From Myxococcota bacterium (GTDB taxonomy: Bacteria > Myxococcota_A > Bradymonadia > UBA7976 > UBA1532): 64,000 nucleotides of DNA. A program made the translations under genes and the position numbers. Below, piece by piece: positions 47,515-56,991 of the stretch (the first letter of the stretch is position 1; every line of letters begins with the position of its first letter). The notes below the pieces were generated by a model. It searched no databases. It was given only the letters and a program-made list of their open reading frames with translations, and was not told the DNA's origin. The stretch covers positions 64,001 through 128,000 of the forward strand of contig JAYZEG010000041.1 of the NCBI GenBank assembly GCA_036337435.1, in the 5' to 3' direction.

Positions 47515-50500
47515 ATGCTCAAGCTTAGACGAATAACCTGGCTTCTATTTGGTTTGTTAACGGTCGTTGGCTGTGGTCGTTCATCGATCGAATGTCAGAC
47601 GCACATCGACTGCGGCGACGGCTTTGCCTGTATTGACGAGCAGTGCATTGACGGACCAGCTTGCGTTGAAGGCTTCTGTCCTCGAGGGTTACTCTGTATC
47701 TCTGGCGTATGCATTGATGATCAAGTCATCCCAAATCGTTGTGGAGATGGAGCGGCGTGTCCGGACGGATTGAGTTGCATCGATGGGATCTGTGATGCTG
47801 TTTGTGTCGATGGCGAGTGTCCACGGATCTGTGACGGTGGTAATTGCACTGATGCGGGCGATGCTTGCTTGGATGATGGTGGCTGTGTGGACGCGGGGTC
47901 TGCCTGTTTGGACGACAAAGGCTGCGAGGCCGGGGAGATTTGCGAGAATGGGGGCTGCCGTTCGGGTTGCCGAGGTGATGTTGACTGCGCAGGTGGCCAA
48001 GTTTGCGATCTGAGTTCGAACATTTGTGTGCCCGGATGCGGCCAAGAACGCCCGTGCGCTGAGGGACTGATTTGCTCTGACCAAGGGCAATGTCTTGGCT
48101 GTATCGAAGACACTGACTGCTTGTCGGGATTTGTTTGTGTGGACAATTCATGCGAGATGAACCAGGGATGTAACGACGACAGTGAATGTCCAGCTCAGCA
48201 AGTTTGTCGTCGGGGACAATGTGGTCCAGACGAAGGCTGTCGAATTGACGAAGATTGTCGGTCGGATCAGCGGTGTATCGATGCTGAGTGTATCGATGTC
48301 GCCTGTCGGTTTGACCTCGACTGTGAGCCGGGCTTCATCTGCACGGATCAGGGCGAATGTGTGGACACCTTGGAATGTCGTCGTGACTCCGACTGTCCGG
48401 CTGGTCAATTATGTGCTGCAAATTCTTGCTTACCAGGTCCAGAGTGCAGAGCTGATGTGGACTGTCCGAACGGCTTTGAATGCCAAGCAAATCGATGTGT
48501 CCAGGCACCAGAATGTCGAATCGACTTTGATTGTCCAAACAACTTTGAGTGTGTTGACAACGTATGCGTCGAACGTCCCGGCTGCAGAAATGATGAGGAT
48601 TGTTTTCCTGGCCAGCGATGTTTGAACTCGGTTTGCATTGAGGACAATCGATGTCGGATTGACGGCGACTGTCCCGATGGTCAGCAATGTGTCGGAGGAC
48701 TCTGTCAGGAAGTCGAGGCCGATTGCAGGGTTGATGCTGATTGTGCCGATGGTCAACGCTGTCTCGACGGCAGGTGTGTAGAGGGCTGTTTCAACGATGC
48801 TCAGTGTCCTGACGGGTTTGCTTGTATCAATGGCCGTTGTGGACGGCAGCCCTGTGCGAGTGACTTGAATTGCCCACAACCGTTGGGTTGTGTAGATGGT
48901 TTCTGTGGCGATGTAGAGTGTCGAATCGATACGGGTTGTCCCGATGGCCAACAGTGTATTCGCCATCGATGCATTGCTGTCTCGGACTGTCAGGTTGCAG
49001 CCGATTGTCCGCCTAATAACGAGTGCGCCAATGGGCAATGCATCCCACTCCCAGAATGCGATGTGGAGAGACCCTGTGCAGAGGGGTTGGTATGTCGAGA
49101 TGGGACGTGTGTCGACGATGTCGAATGCCGCGGTGACAACGAGTGCCCGTTGGGCTTTTCGTGTATCAATAATGTCTGTCTGCCTCAGGGGGCATGCGGG
49201 CCGGGGCGACCCTGTCCGAATGACCTCGTTTGTAATGAAGGCGTTTGTGAGCCAGCAGTGGAGTGTTTGGTCAATGGTGACTGCCCAGCCCTCGACAGTT
49301 GCATCAACGGGCGTTGTCAATTTACAGGACGCTGTGCGCGCGATGAAGATTGTGGCCCGGGACAGGTCTGCGACGGGCTCAATCAACAGTGTGTTGATGA
49401 TGTCGAATGCTTCGTCGATAACGACTGCCAAGATGGATTTCAATGTATTGGCAACCTTTGCAGAGAACTGCAGGGCTGTAATGTGGACCCTGATTGCGAT
49501 CGAGGGGAATTCTGCGCTGACCCACCTGGCATTTGTCTTCCCAGACCTGATTGTTTCGATGACAACGACTGCGGCGACGGTGAGCGTTGCGACCAAGGCA
49601 ATTGTGTGGTCGTGGTTTGCCGGAACGATGACGAATGTGATGGAGAGTTTAGCTGTGTCGCTGGCCGCTGCGTACCGCCATTTTTCTGTGAAGACGCGGG
49701 TGACTGTCCACTGCCGAATCTCCAATGCATCAATAACGTATGCACTGCACCAAACGGGTGCCAAAGCGATGATGAATGTCGGGGTGGGTTTAGTTGCGTA
49801 GCCGGTGTCTGCGCGCCAATTCCTCCGCCAGAGTGTCGAACAGATGAAGACTGTGGTCGGCGGGAGCAGTGTGAATTTGGTTTTTGTATTCCCGACCAAG
49901 GCTGTTCGGATGACAACGAATGTCCCGTCGGTCAAATCTGCGCCGATCGTGAGTGTGCTCCAGACCCTGGACTTTGTCGTGGTGATGATGACTGTGGCCC
50001 GGATTCTGTTTGTAATGATGGTCGTTGCGTAGATGCGCCGCCAGAATGTCAGAACGACAACGATTGTCAGGCAGGGCAGTCTTGCGTCGCCGGGCAATGC
50101 GTCGAGGCAGCTCCTGAATGTCAGGTTGACGCCGATTGTGGTGCAGGTGAAATCTGTGTCGATTCCACCTGTCGACCGGGCTGTCGTGACAACCGGCAGT
50201 GTCCGGGCGATCAAGTCTGTGTGGGTGGTGCCTGCCAAGACCCAGCGGAATGTCGGGAGGCTGACGAGATCCTGGATGTTGGACGCAACGGCGGCCGCTT
50301 TGCGGTCGATACGACAAGAGCCCCATCCAATTACAGTGGTACCTGTGCAGGTGCCGGGTCCGAGCGCGTTCTGCGCATCGTCTTGGACTCGTTTGTTTCC
50401 ATGTCAATTACCACGACAGGTGATGGTGGAGGGTTTAGAACCGATACGGTCTTGTACGTGCGTCGAGAATGCGATGAGTCTAGAAGTGAAGTTGTTTGCA

Positions 50501-51165
50501 ATGATGATACGGGTGCCAATGGCGGTGGCCAGCCGTCTTTATTCTCGTTTGTTGAAATCGAACGCGCTGAGCCGGGCGTCTACTACATCTTCGCGGATAC
50601 GTTCGCGGAAGGGGCTCGGTTTAACGTCGAAATTGAGCTGTCTCCCCTCGCTCCGGAATGCGAACAGGATGATGATTGCGACGGCGTAACAATCTGTGAA
50701 GAGAACTTTTGCGTAGAACCTCAGTGCGTGCGCGACTCACAATGCGCCGACAATCAGCGTTGCTTAGATGGGCGATGTGAGCAGCGGGCTGATTTTTGTG
50801 GACGAGACAGTGATTGCGCAGATCAGAGTCAGATCTGTGAGCAGCAGACCTGTATCAACACCAATGGTGCATGTGCCGACGTCGATGATTGCCCGAACAA
50901 CGCCTTTTGTATCGGTGGCGGATGCATCGAAGCGATTCCATGTGCCAATAACAGACAGTGTCGACAAGTTGGTATTCCCTTACTTCGTTGCAGACAAGGC
51001 GTTTGTGCGTCCCAAATCAATCAGTGTGAGCGTAACGCTGATTGTCTTGCTGGAAACAGCTGCGCCTTCGGCTTCTGTATACCCTCGGCAAGTCCAGAGT
51101 GTATACGAGACCGACATTGCGCTCCGGGTCAACTCTGCGAAGGCCAGGTTTGTGTCTTGGAATGA
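47515..51165 (+). CDS. Cys-rich repeat lipoprotein (~44 four-Cys repeats) with embedded PPC-like beta-sandwich
   Basis: Lipobox LTVVGC; C-x5-C-x5-C-x4-C units such as CRIDGDCPDGQQCVGGLC; DTVLYVRREC...CNDD...PGVYYIFAD. Confidence 0.9.
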   Translation: MLKLRRITWLLFGLLTVVGCGRSSIECQTHIDCGDGFACIDEQCIDGPACVEGFCPRGLLCISGVCIDDQVIPNRCGDGAACPDGLSCIDGICDAVCVDGECPRICDGGNCTDAGDACLDDGGCVDAGSACLDDKGCEAGEICENGGCRSGCRGDVDCAGGQVCDLSSNICVPGCGQERPCAEGLICSDQGQCLGCIEDTDCLSGFVCVDNSCEMNQGCNDDSECPAQQVCRRGQCGPDEGCRIDEDCRSDQRCIDAECIDVACRFDLDCEPGFICTDQGECVDTLECRRDSDCPAGQLCAANSCLPGPECRADVDCPNGFECQANRCVQAPECRIDFDCPNNFECVDNVCVERPGCRNDEDCFPGQRCLNSVCIEDNRCRIDGDCPDGQQCVGGLCQEVEADCRVDADCADGQRCLDGRCVEGCFNDAQCPDGFACINGRCGRQPCASDLNCPQPLGCVDGFCGDVECRIDTGCPDGQQCIRHRCIAVSDCQVAADCPPNNECANGQCIPLPECDVERPCAEGLVCRDGTCVDDVECRGDNECPLGFSCINNVCLPQGACGPGRPCPNDLVCNEGVCEPAVECLVNGDCPALDSCINGRCQFTGRCARDEDCGPGQVCDGLNQQCVDDVECFVDNDCQDGFQCIGNLCRELQGCNVDPDCDRGEFCADPPGICLPRPDCFDDNDCGDGERCDQGNCVVVVCRNDDECDGEFSCVAGRCVPPFFCEDAGDCPLPNLQCINNVCTAPNGCQSDDECRGGFSCVAGVCAPIPPPECRTDEDCGRREQCEFGFCIPDQGCSDDNECPVGQICADRECAPDPGLCRGDDDCGPDSVCNDGRCVDAPPECQNDNDCQAGQSCVAGQCVEAAPECQVDADCGAGEICVDSTCRPGCRDNRQCPGDQVCVGGACQDPAECREADEILDVGRNGGRFAVDTTRAPSNYSGTCAGAGSERVLRIVLDSFVSMSITTTGDGGGFRTDTVLYVRRECDESRSEVVCNDDTGANGGGQPSLFSFVEIERAEPGVYYIFADTFAEGARFNVEIELSPLAPECEQDDDCDGVTICEENFCVEPQCVRDSQCADNQRCLDGRCEQRADFCGRDSDCADQSQICEQQTCINTNGACADVDDCPNNAFCIGGGCIEAIPCANNRQCRQVGIPLLRCRQGVCASQINQCERNADCLAGNSCAFGFCIPSASPECIRDRHCAPGQLCEGQVCVLE

Positions 51166-51186
51166 TCGAGTTATCAACGGCCTAAA

Positions 51187-52647
51187 TCAAGGCGCGATAA
51201 GTCGCCGTTTGCCATCCTTGGATAAGGCGACTCCTGGCTCATCAATTTGAATCCGGTCCCAGAGTTGGCAAGTCACCTCTTTGTGCCGGGTATCCAATGC
51301 CTCGCAGTAGTTCGTATATTTGCAGCGGCGGATTTCATCCCCTCGCCCCCGTCGGATTTTCAAAAACCAATCAGGGTCGGCCAGTGATTGTCGAGCGGCG
51401 GCGATGATATCGGCATGCCCGTTTTTGAGCAAAGACTCCGCCCCCGTAAAATCATTGATGCCCCCAGCAACGATAACAGGAACTTGTAGGCCTGCTTCAC
51501 GCAAGATCGACTTAACCTGAGCCATTGCCTGTATATTTCGATAAAAGGGGCCTCGCGTGTCGCTATAAATGGTCGGCATACACTCGTAGCCACTTTCGCC
51601 GGTGTATGGGTAGATCGCTTGACCCACCTTGGGCTGTTTTGCATCGTCGAACTTGCCCCCTTTGGATAAACTTAAAAAGTCCATCCCGCCACGGGCGAAT
51701 GCCAAAGCGATCTGAGGTGATTCTTGTTCCGAAAAACCGCCCTCGATGACTTCATCGACTAAGAATCGACAACCGACGATGAAGTGGTCGCTGACATTTC
51801 GTCTGACCGCGTCATAGACTTCTAATGGACACCTCAAACGATGGCTCAAGGGACCACCATAGCCATCATTTCTGTCATTGGTTTTGGAAAGGAAGCTCGC
51901 CATTGTATAGGCGTGTGCATAATGGAGCTCGACGCCGTCAAAACCAGCACTTTCTGCCCGCTTTGCCGCCTCGGCAAAAAGCGTTGGCAGCTGAACTGGG
52001 AGGGATGCGATATGCGCGAGATGCGTATCCGTCACCCGTTCTCTGTAACCCAGATTTAGACTTTCGAATTCACGTTGGGTGAGCAGCGTTGCCTGGATGT
52101 CATTAGACTGTTCGAAGAGAAATGAGCGAATATCGTCTTCCGGCGCGTCCATCCAATGATCGGTTTGTGTAAACCCCGCTATGGATGTGCGGTGATGTGG
52201 AGTGATTTTAAGATGGCGACCGAAGTAAACATCTGGTTTGGGGCGTCTATTGAGTCGTAGAAAGTCGATGAGTTGTATAAACAGCTTTGTTCGTCCCTTA
52301 CTTTCTTCTTTGACCCGTTTGACGAGACGTTTCAGGCCGTGCAGATAGCGATCGTGCCCAATTCGCAGCAATGGGCCACTCGGAATCTCCCGTATGCCAG
52401 TTGCCTCAACTACGATGGCACCGGGTTGCCCCTTTGCGAAACGCCCGTACCACTGCACTACATTGTCGGTTACCTCTCCGTCTTCGGTCGCCCGCCAGGG
52501 AACCATCGCCGGGACCCATGTACGCTCAGCAAGCTGTAAACGCCCCCGACTGAATTCGCTAAATAACTGGGCCTGAGCGGCATCTTCAGCACTGGGCCAC
52601 CGGTCTGGTGCTACACGGTGTTTGGTGACTTCGGGTGGTCGCCACAT
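51187..52647 (-). CDS. NADH:flavin oxidoreductase (Old Yellow Enzyme family)
   Basis: VPAMV, VEATG, AGFDGVELHYAHAYTMASFLS..NDRNDGYGG, ARQSLADPDW, C-terminal Cys cluster. Confidence 0.9.
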   Translation of the reverse strand: MWRPPEVTKHRVAPDRWPSAEDAAQAQLFSEFSRGRLQLAERTWVPAMVPWRATEDGEVTDNVVQWYGRFAKGQPGAIVVEATGIREIPSGPLLRIGHDRYLHGLKRLVKRVKEESKGRTKLFIQLIDFLRLNRRPKPDVYFGRHLKITPHHRTSIAGFTQTDHWMDAPEDDIRSFLFEQSNDIQATLLTQREFESLNLGYRERVTDTHLAHIASLPVQLPTLFAEAAKRAESAGFDGVELHYAHAYTMASFLSKTNDRNDGYGGPLSHRLRCPLEVYDAVRRNVSDHFIVGCRFLVDEVIEGGFSEQESPQIALAFARGGMDFLSLSKGGKFDDAKQPKVGQAIYPYTGESGYECMPTIYSDTRGPFYRNIQAMAQVKSILREAGLQVPVIVAGGINDFTGAESLLKNGHADIIAAARQSLADPDWFLKIRRGRGDEIRRCKYTNYCEALDTRHKEVTCQLWDRIQIDEPGVALSKDGKRRLIAP

Positions 52648-52649
52648 GG

Positions 52650-53129
52650 CTAACGAGATTCGTCTAGAATACGCTCGAGGAGGGCATTTGTCGCCTCGTC
52701 GACCAGCTCCCAGACGTGCCTAAAACCATCAGAGCCCCCATAGTACGGGTCCGGGACATCTTGTCCCTTCCTCTCCAATTCATCGAGCATGAGACTGATT
52801 CTTGAGTTCGAATGAGCGGATTGTCGTGCCTTGATGTCTCTTAGATTGCTCCGATCCATCGCAATGATGTAGTCAAACTCGTCAAAATCGGTTCGCTTAA
52901 GTTTTCTTGAACTTTGGCGGCTGATATCGATTCCCATTGTCTCCGCGATTTTGATACTTCGAGGATCCGGTGCTTCGCCTGCGTGATAGCCCCCGGTCCC
53001 GGCCGAGTCGATGACAAAATGACTGTGTAAACGCCGACTGTTTACGTGTTCCCTGAATGCGCCCTCTGCCAGAGGTGAGCGACAGATGTTGCCGAGACAG
53101 ACGAACAGAACATGGATAGGCTTCTTCAT
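52650..53129 (-). CDS. Low-molecular-weight protein tyrosine phosphatase
   Basis: VCLGNICRSP, DSAGT, DVPDPYYG. Confidence 0.95.
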   Translation of the reverse strand: MKKPIHVLFVCLGNICRSPLAEGAFREHVNSRRLHSHFVIDSAGTGGYHAGEAPDPRSIKIAETMGIDISRQSSRKLKRTDFDEFDYIIAMDRSNLRDIKARQSAHSNSRISLMLDELERKGQDVPDPYYGGSDGFRHVWELVDEATNALLERILDESR

Positions 53130-53134
53130 TTTCT

Positions 53135-54529
53135 TTATCCGATCTTTCCGATGACGGAGTGATATTCTGGATCTTTCGAGAGCCGTGGATACCGGGCGAC
53201 CGCATCATTAAGGAGTGCCCTTGCTGTTTCAGGGCCTTGCGCAGAAGCAACTTGAAGAACGTGAAAGAAAAACATTCCCAGTGGTGCATCGTCGCTTTTG
53301 AATAAACGCTCGAAGAAAATGGGCAGATTATTGTGGTCCTTAAATTCGATTGCGAGGGCGCAGAGGTTGTTGAGCATTGCCGGCCAACCGTTTGATCGTT
53401 CAGGCTTACCAGAGAATGCTTTTTTGTACGCCGCATAGGCAGCCTGATACTGCGCCAATTCCCAATTTAAAGCGCCCAAGAGTTCATAAGCCTCCCAGAC
53501 CCTGTGTCGCAGCCATACTTGCTCATTCGCACCCGGCAATGCCAACGATTGCAAGGCACGTTCAACTGCTTGAACGGCTTGTTGATTTGCATTTGCTTTC
53601 GCAAGCCCCTTACCCAATTGGTACCAGATGTCTGGATGGTTTGGATGCACTGCCAGTGTTTCCTGGGCGATGTCAATGATCTGATGTGGCGACGCATCCG
53701 TCGCAAACAGCACCCTGATGAGATGATCAGCCGCGTCGACCATCGGCCCATGACCCGTTTTTTTAATCCCCGCATAAGCCAGACGAAGGGCTGCTTCGGC
53801 CGCGTCGGTACGGCCAAGCAACAGGTATTCGCGACCTAGATAAAACCGTTGCTGATGATTGTCTGGTTCATCTTTTAGGGTGGCCTCGATCAAGGGTAAG
53901 GACCGCGCAGCCTTTTGCCGAGCTTTATACAACTCAGGATCATAACCAAGATGAACGATGCTCAGACCCGTAAACCGAGTGGCCTCTATTTTTGGTGCGT
54001 TTGGGTCGAGGGCTCCGAAGCGATTATGCACCCTGCCAGAGTATCCGAGTCGGGCATCCCGTGGGAATATCCGTACGCTGAAAAACGAAGAGATTGGGCT
54101 GCCATCTAAACGAGTATTGGTCACATCCAGCATGAAGGCTTGAAATGGAAAACTCGGACCGGGTTTCAAGTACCGCCTGATAGACTCAGGCTTGGGGCCG
54201 ACAAATCGTTCATCGGCGTCCAAAATCGCCACCCATTGCCCATTCGCTCGTTTAAGCGTCTCATTGCGCGCCGCTGAAAAATCGTTGATCCACGGAAAGT
54301 GGCTTACCGTTGCACCCAAGTCCTGTGCGATTTCAACGGTTCTGTCTGTCGAACCAGTATCGACAACGATGAGTTCATCGCAGAAAGACTTTGCACTCTT
54401 CAGCGCGTCTTCTAGGAAGTCTTCTTCGTTTTTTACCATCATGGCTAACGAGAGTAACGGACCGGCCGCGGTCGTCGGCCGTTTGGACTTCGGTCGCTGT
54501 TTTTTTTTCTTTTTATTCCGTTTACTCAC
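53135..54529 (-). CDS. GT2 glycosyltransferase with TPR domain
   Basis: MMVKNEE, VVDTGSTDRT, DFSAARN, LDADE, VHN, HLGY; TPR helices. Confidence 0.9.
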   Translation of the reverse strand: MSKRNKKKKKQRPKSKRPTTAAGPLLSLAMMVKNEEDFLEDALKSAKSFCDELIVVDTGSTDRTVEIAQDLGATVSHFPWINDFSAARNETLKRANGQWVAILDADERFVGPKPESIRRYLKPGPSFPFQAFMLDVTNTRLDGSPISSFFSVRIFPRDARLGYSGRVHNRFGALDPNAPKIEATRFTGLSIVHLGYDPELYKARQKAARSLPLIEATLKDEPDNHQQRFYLGREYLLLGRTDAAEAALRLAYAGIKKTGHGPMVDAADHLIRVLFATDASPHQIIDIAQETLAVHPNHPDIWYQLGKGLAKANANQQAVQAVERALQSLALPGANEQVWLRHRVWEAYELLGALNWELAQYQAAYAAYKKAFSGKPERSNGWPAMLNNLCALAIEFKDHNNLPIFFERLFKSDDAPLGMFFFHVLQVASAQGPETARALLNDAVARYPRLSKDPEYHSVIGKIG

Positions 54530-54813
54530 TCGGTGTCGAAAGCCTCGCGTAGTCGGCGGGAAATCGATCCTTTTAGGCGGTCTCCGTCGACACCAGCAGC
54601 TCGAGCCATCATGCCCAGCTTGATTTCAACAGTCACATCGTTGTCAGTGACCGACATTGAGCCCGATACACCAATGCCCTTGAAAGTCGCTTTGTGCCCA
54701 GACCAGCTTAGTTTAACGCCAAATTTACCGAGCATTTCTTCAAAGACCGACACGCGACTTTTCGCCGTTTCGGTTCCGAGGGTGTGTGATTCTGTTATGC
54801 GTATCGTAGCCAT
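54526..54813 (-). CDS. Polyhydroxyalkanoic-acid-system family small protein
   Basis: IRITESHTLG..AK.RV...WSG..ATFKGIGVSG...VEIKLG pattern. Confidence 0.7.
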   Translation of the reverse strand: MATIRITESHTLGTETAKSRVSVFEEMLGKFGVKLSWSGHKATFKGIGVSGSMSVTDNDVTVEIKLGMMARAAGVDGDRLKGSISRRLREAFDTE

Positions 54814-55061
54814 GAAAGGATCTCCCCATTATGCGTTGATTCATCTCGTGAACTGGCCGGTTCATGTCTGCTGTTATATTTGGACTCGTCCATTTCGTCC
54901 ATAGATCCGTCGACGGTGTGGTCGAATGCTGATTTTTCCAAGGGCATAAATGCCGCGCTCATGACTCCCAAAAATTTCACCATGAGCACTTAAGGTCACG
55001 GGTAAAACCAGTTTCGTCAATCACCGATTGGTGTCACAGATTCGCGTCCATCGACGGCAAT

Positions 55062-56120
55062 CTAGAGGGCTCTCCAGCGGCGGCCCGGACTCTCAAAACC
55101 AGATGGTTGCGTATTGGTTAAGATGTATATTGCTCTTCGGTTTTTTTCCTCATCCACGTTGTCTGCGGTCGATACGGCTTGCATTTTCTCACCATATCCC
55201 TCGTAAAAGATCGGTGAATCAATGCCTTGTGAACGAAAATATCCAGCGATTGCTTTGGCACGTTTTCGACTCAGCATCAGGTTGTCTTGCTCGGACCCCA
55301 CCGTATCCGTACAACCCGCGACGAAGAGTTTTAAATCAAAGTTGACGTCTGAGCGGCCCAACGTTGTCCGAAAAGCTTTAATTTCCTTTTGAATTAAATT
55401 CACGACCGCCGCTAGCTTTTTGGCCTCTTGAGGTTCGATGTTTGCCTGTCCAGACCCAAAAATGACATCATCGTGAGGGATTTCCACGTACCAAGCCACC
55501 AAGCGAAATGCTCGCCATCGGCCCACATGGTCGTGCACTTTGAGTTCGATGCGGCGGACAGTCTTGGGGTCTAAGGCGTCAAATCGGATGTCGACTGAGC
55601 CCGTTGCTTCATTTAGGGAGACTGAATCATCCACAATTTGATCGCCCTGAATGTTAAAGCCAACGAGCTCGGCTTTCTCAAGTGGGGTGTTCGAACTGAC
55701 CGTAATGATTCCTTTGTCGAGTTTGACGCCTTGCTTGCTTAATTGAATTTGAAGTGGACCCACGGACACGATTTCGAATTTGAAAGTCGATGTGACCGTC
55801 TCGGAACCAATTTTTGCTTTGATATCGGCGACCCAATTGGTTCGTCCCATGGGAACCTTGAACGATATGGTTCGTTTTGAGCCTGGTTTCATTGACGCAA
55901 ACGACGCCGTTGATTCGCTTTTTGGACCTTTCAGGCTTACGCTTACTTTCTGAAGAGCCTGGTTTGCGCCTAACGTGAGTTTTGCTTTCTGTCCTGGCTT
56001 GACTTGATAGGTGGCAGAAATCGACCATGGAGAGCCGTCAGCATGGGCTGAGATGGACAAGGCGCACAGGATGGCCAAGGTCATGCCGGCCGAAGCCAAT
56101 GCGTTTCTGAGACTGTTCAT
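55062..56120 (-). CDS. Secreted OmpA-family protein
   Basis: Signal peptide; IPHDDVIFGSG, AGCTDTVG..NLMLSRKRAKAIA, GYGE, NRRAIY. Confidence 0.85.
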   Translation of the reverse strand: MNSLRNALASAGMTLAILCALSISAHADGSPWSISATYQVKPGQKAKLTLGANQALQKVSVSLKGPKSESTASFASMKPGSKRTISFKVPMGRTNWVADIKAKIGSETVTSTFKFEIVSVGPLQIQLSKQGVKLDKGIITVSSNTPLEKAELVGFNIQGDQIVDDSVSLNEATGSVDIRFDALDPKTVRRIELKVHDHVGRWRAFRLVAWYVEIPHDDVIFGSGQANIEPQEAKKLAAVVNLIQKEIKAFRTTLGRSDVNFDLKLFVAGCTDTVGSEQDNLMLSRKRAKAIAGYFRSQGIDSPIFYEGYGEKMQAVSTADNVDEEKNRRAIYILTNTQPSGFESPGRRWRAL

Positions 56121-56269
56121 AAGTGACTCCATCCAAAACTCGCTGTTATCCGCAGTGACGTCGTTTCTGCCATTGTTATTCGTCTTCTTCAAAGCTTCAC
56201 AGGACTTTCATTCATTTTTTTCACGTGAATATGTTAATCTGTGGCCCTCATTCGCAAATGGAGCAGGTC

Positions 56270-56989
56270 ATGAAACCCAGTCATATCGCCATCATCATGG
56301 ATGGCAATGGTCGTTGGGCTGAGCAGCGAGAGAAACCCCGTGGCAGCGGTCACAAGGAAGGCGCGGAAGCAGTCCGGCGGATCGTGCGGCATGCTCGTCG
56401 TCTCGAAACCGATTGTTTGACGCTGTTCGCTTTCAGTAGTTTGAATTGGGGACGCCCGTCCACCGAGATCAACGATCTGATGGATTTACTGCTTGAATTT
56501 CTTTACTCCGAACGGCAGGAACTCCTCGAGAATGGCATTCGCTTGAGGGCCATTGGTGAGCGCGACTTCTTGCCATCATCCGTGCGGGCAGCCTTGTCGC
56601 AGTTGGAATCTGATACAGCCGGCTGCACGGAGATGGAGCTGGTCTTAGCTGTTTCATACGACGGTCGCCGAGACATGGTCCGCGCTGCCCGACGATTAGC
56701 TCTCATGGCTCAGAAGGGTGACCTTTTGCCGGCTGATTTGAGCGAGACTCAGCTTATGAATGCTCTGTCTACGCGTACGTTGCCAGACGTCGACTTGTTG
56801 ATCAGAACATCAGGGGAGTTCCGGACATCAGGATTTCTCCCCCTTGAAGCGTGTTATGCCGAGCTCTATTTCACTGAAACTTTGTGGCCTGACTTTACAG
56901 AGGCGGATCTAGACGCAGCGTGTGTTGAATACAGCCGTCGACAGCGTCGTTTCGGCCTAACAAGTGACCAGTTGGCCGTAAACGGGTAA
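56270..56989 (+). CDS. uppS: Undecaprenyl diphosphate synthase
   Basis: HIAIIMDGNGRWA, FAFSSLNWGRP, DLLIRTSGE. Confidence 0.95.
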   Translation: MKPSHIAIIMDGNGRWAEQREKPRGSGHKEGAEAVRRIVRHARRLETDCLTLFAFSSLNWGRPSTEINDLMDLLLEFLYSERQELLENGIRLRAIGERDFLPSSVRAALSQLESDTAGCTEMELVLAVSYDGRRDMVRAARRLALMAQKGDLLPADLSETQLMNALSTRTLPDVDLLIRTSGEFRTSGFLPLEACYAELYFTETLWPDFTEADLDAACVEYSRRQRRFGLTSDQLAVNG

Positions 56990-56991
56990 CC

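Noticed and set aside
48430..50238. 602-aa antisense ORF and other long shadow ORFs
   Set aside because: Mirror of the Cys/Asp repeat gene's codon bias (Thr/Ile/Ala-rich); no motifs
54795..54989. 64-aa ORF upstream of the PHA-system gene
   Set aside because: No clear RBS or homology cues; may be just promoter/UTR
56217..56232. parS-like site TTTTTCACGTGAATAT
   Set aside because: Only 12/16 match to TGTTTCACGTGAAACA, lacks the outer G/C, single copy
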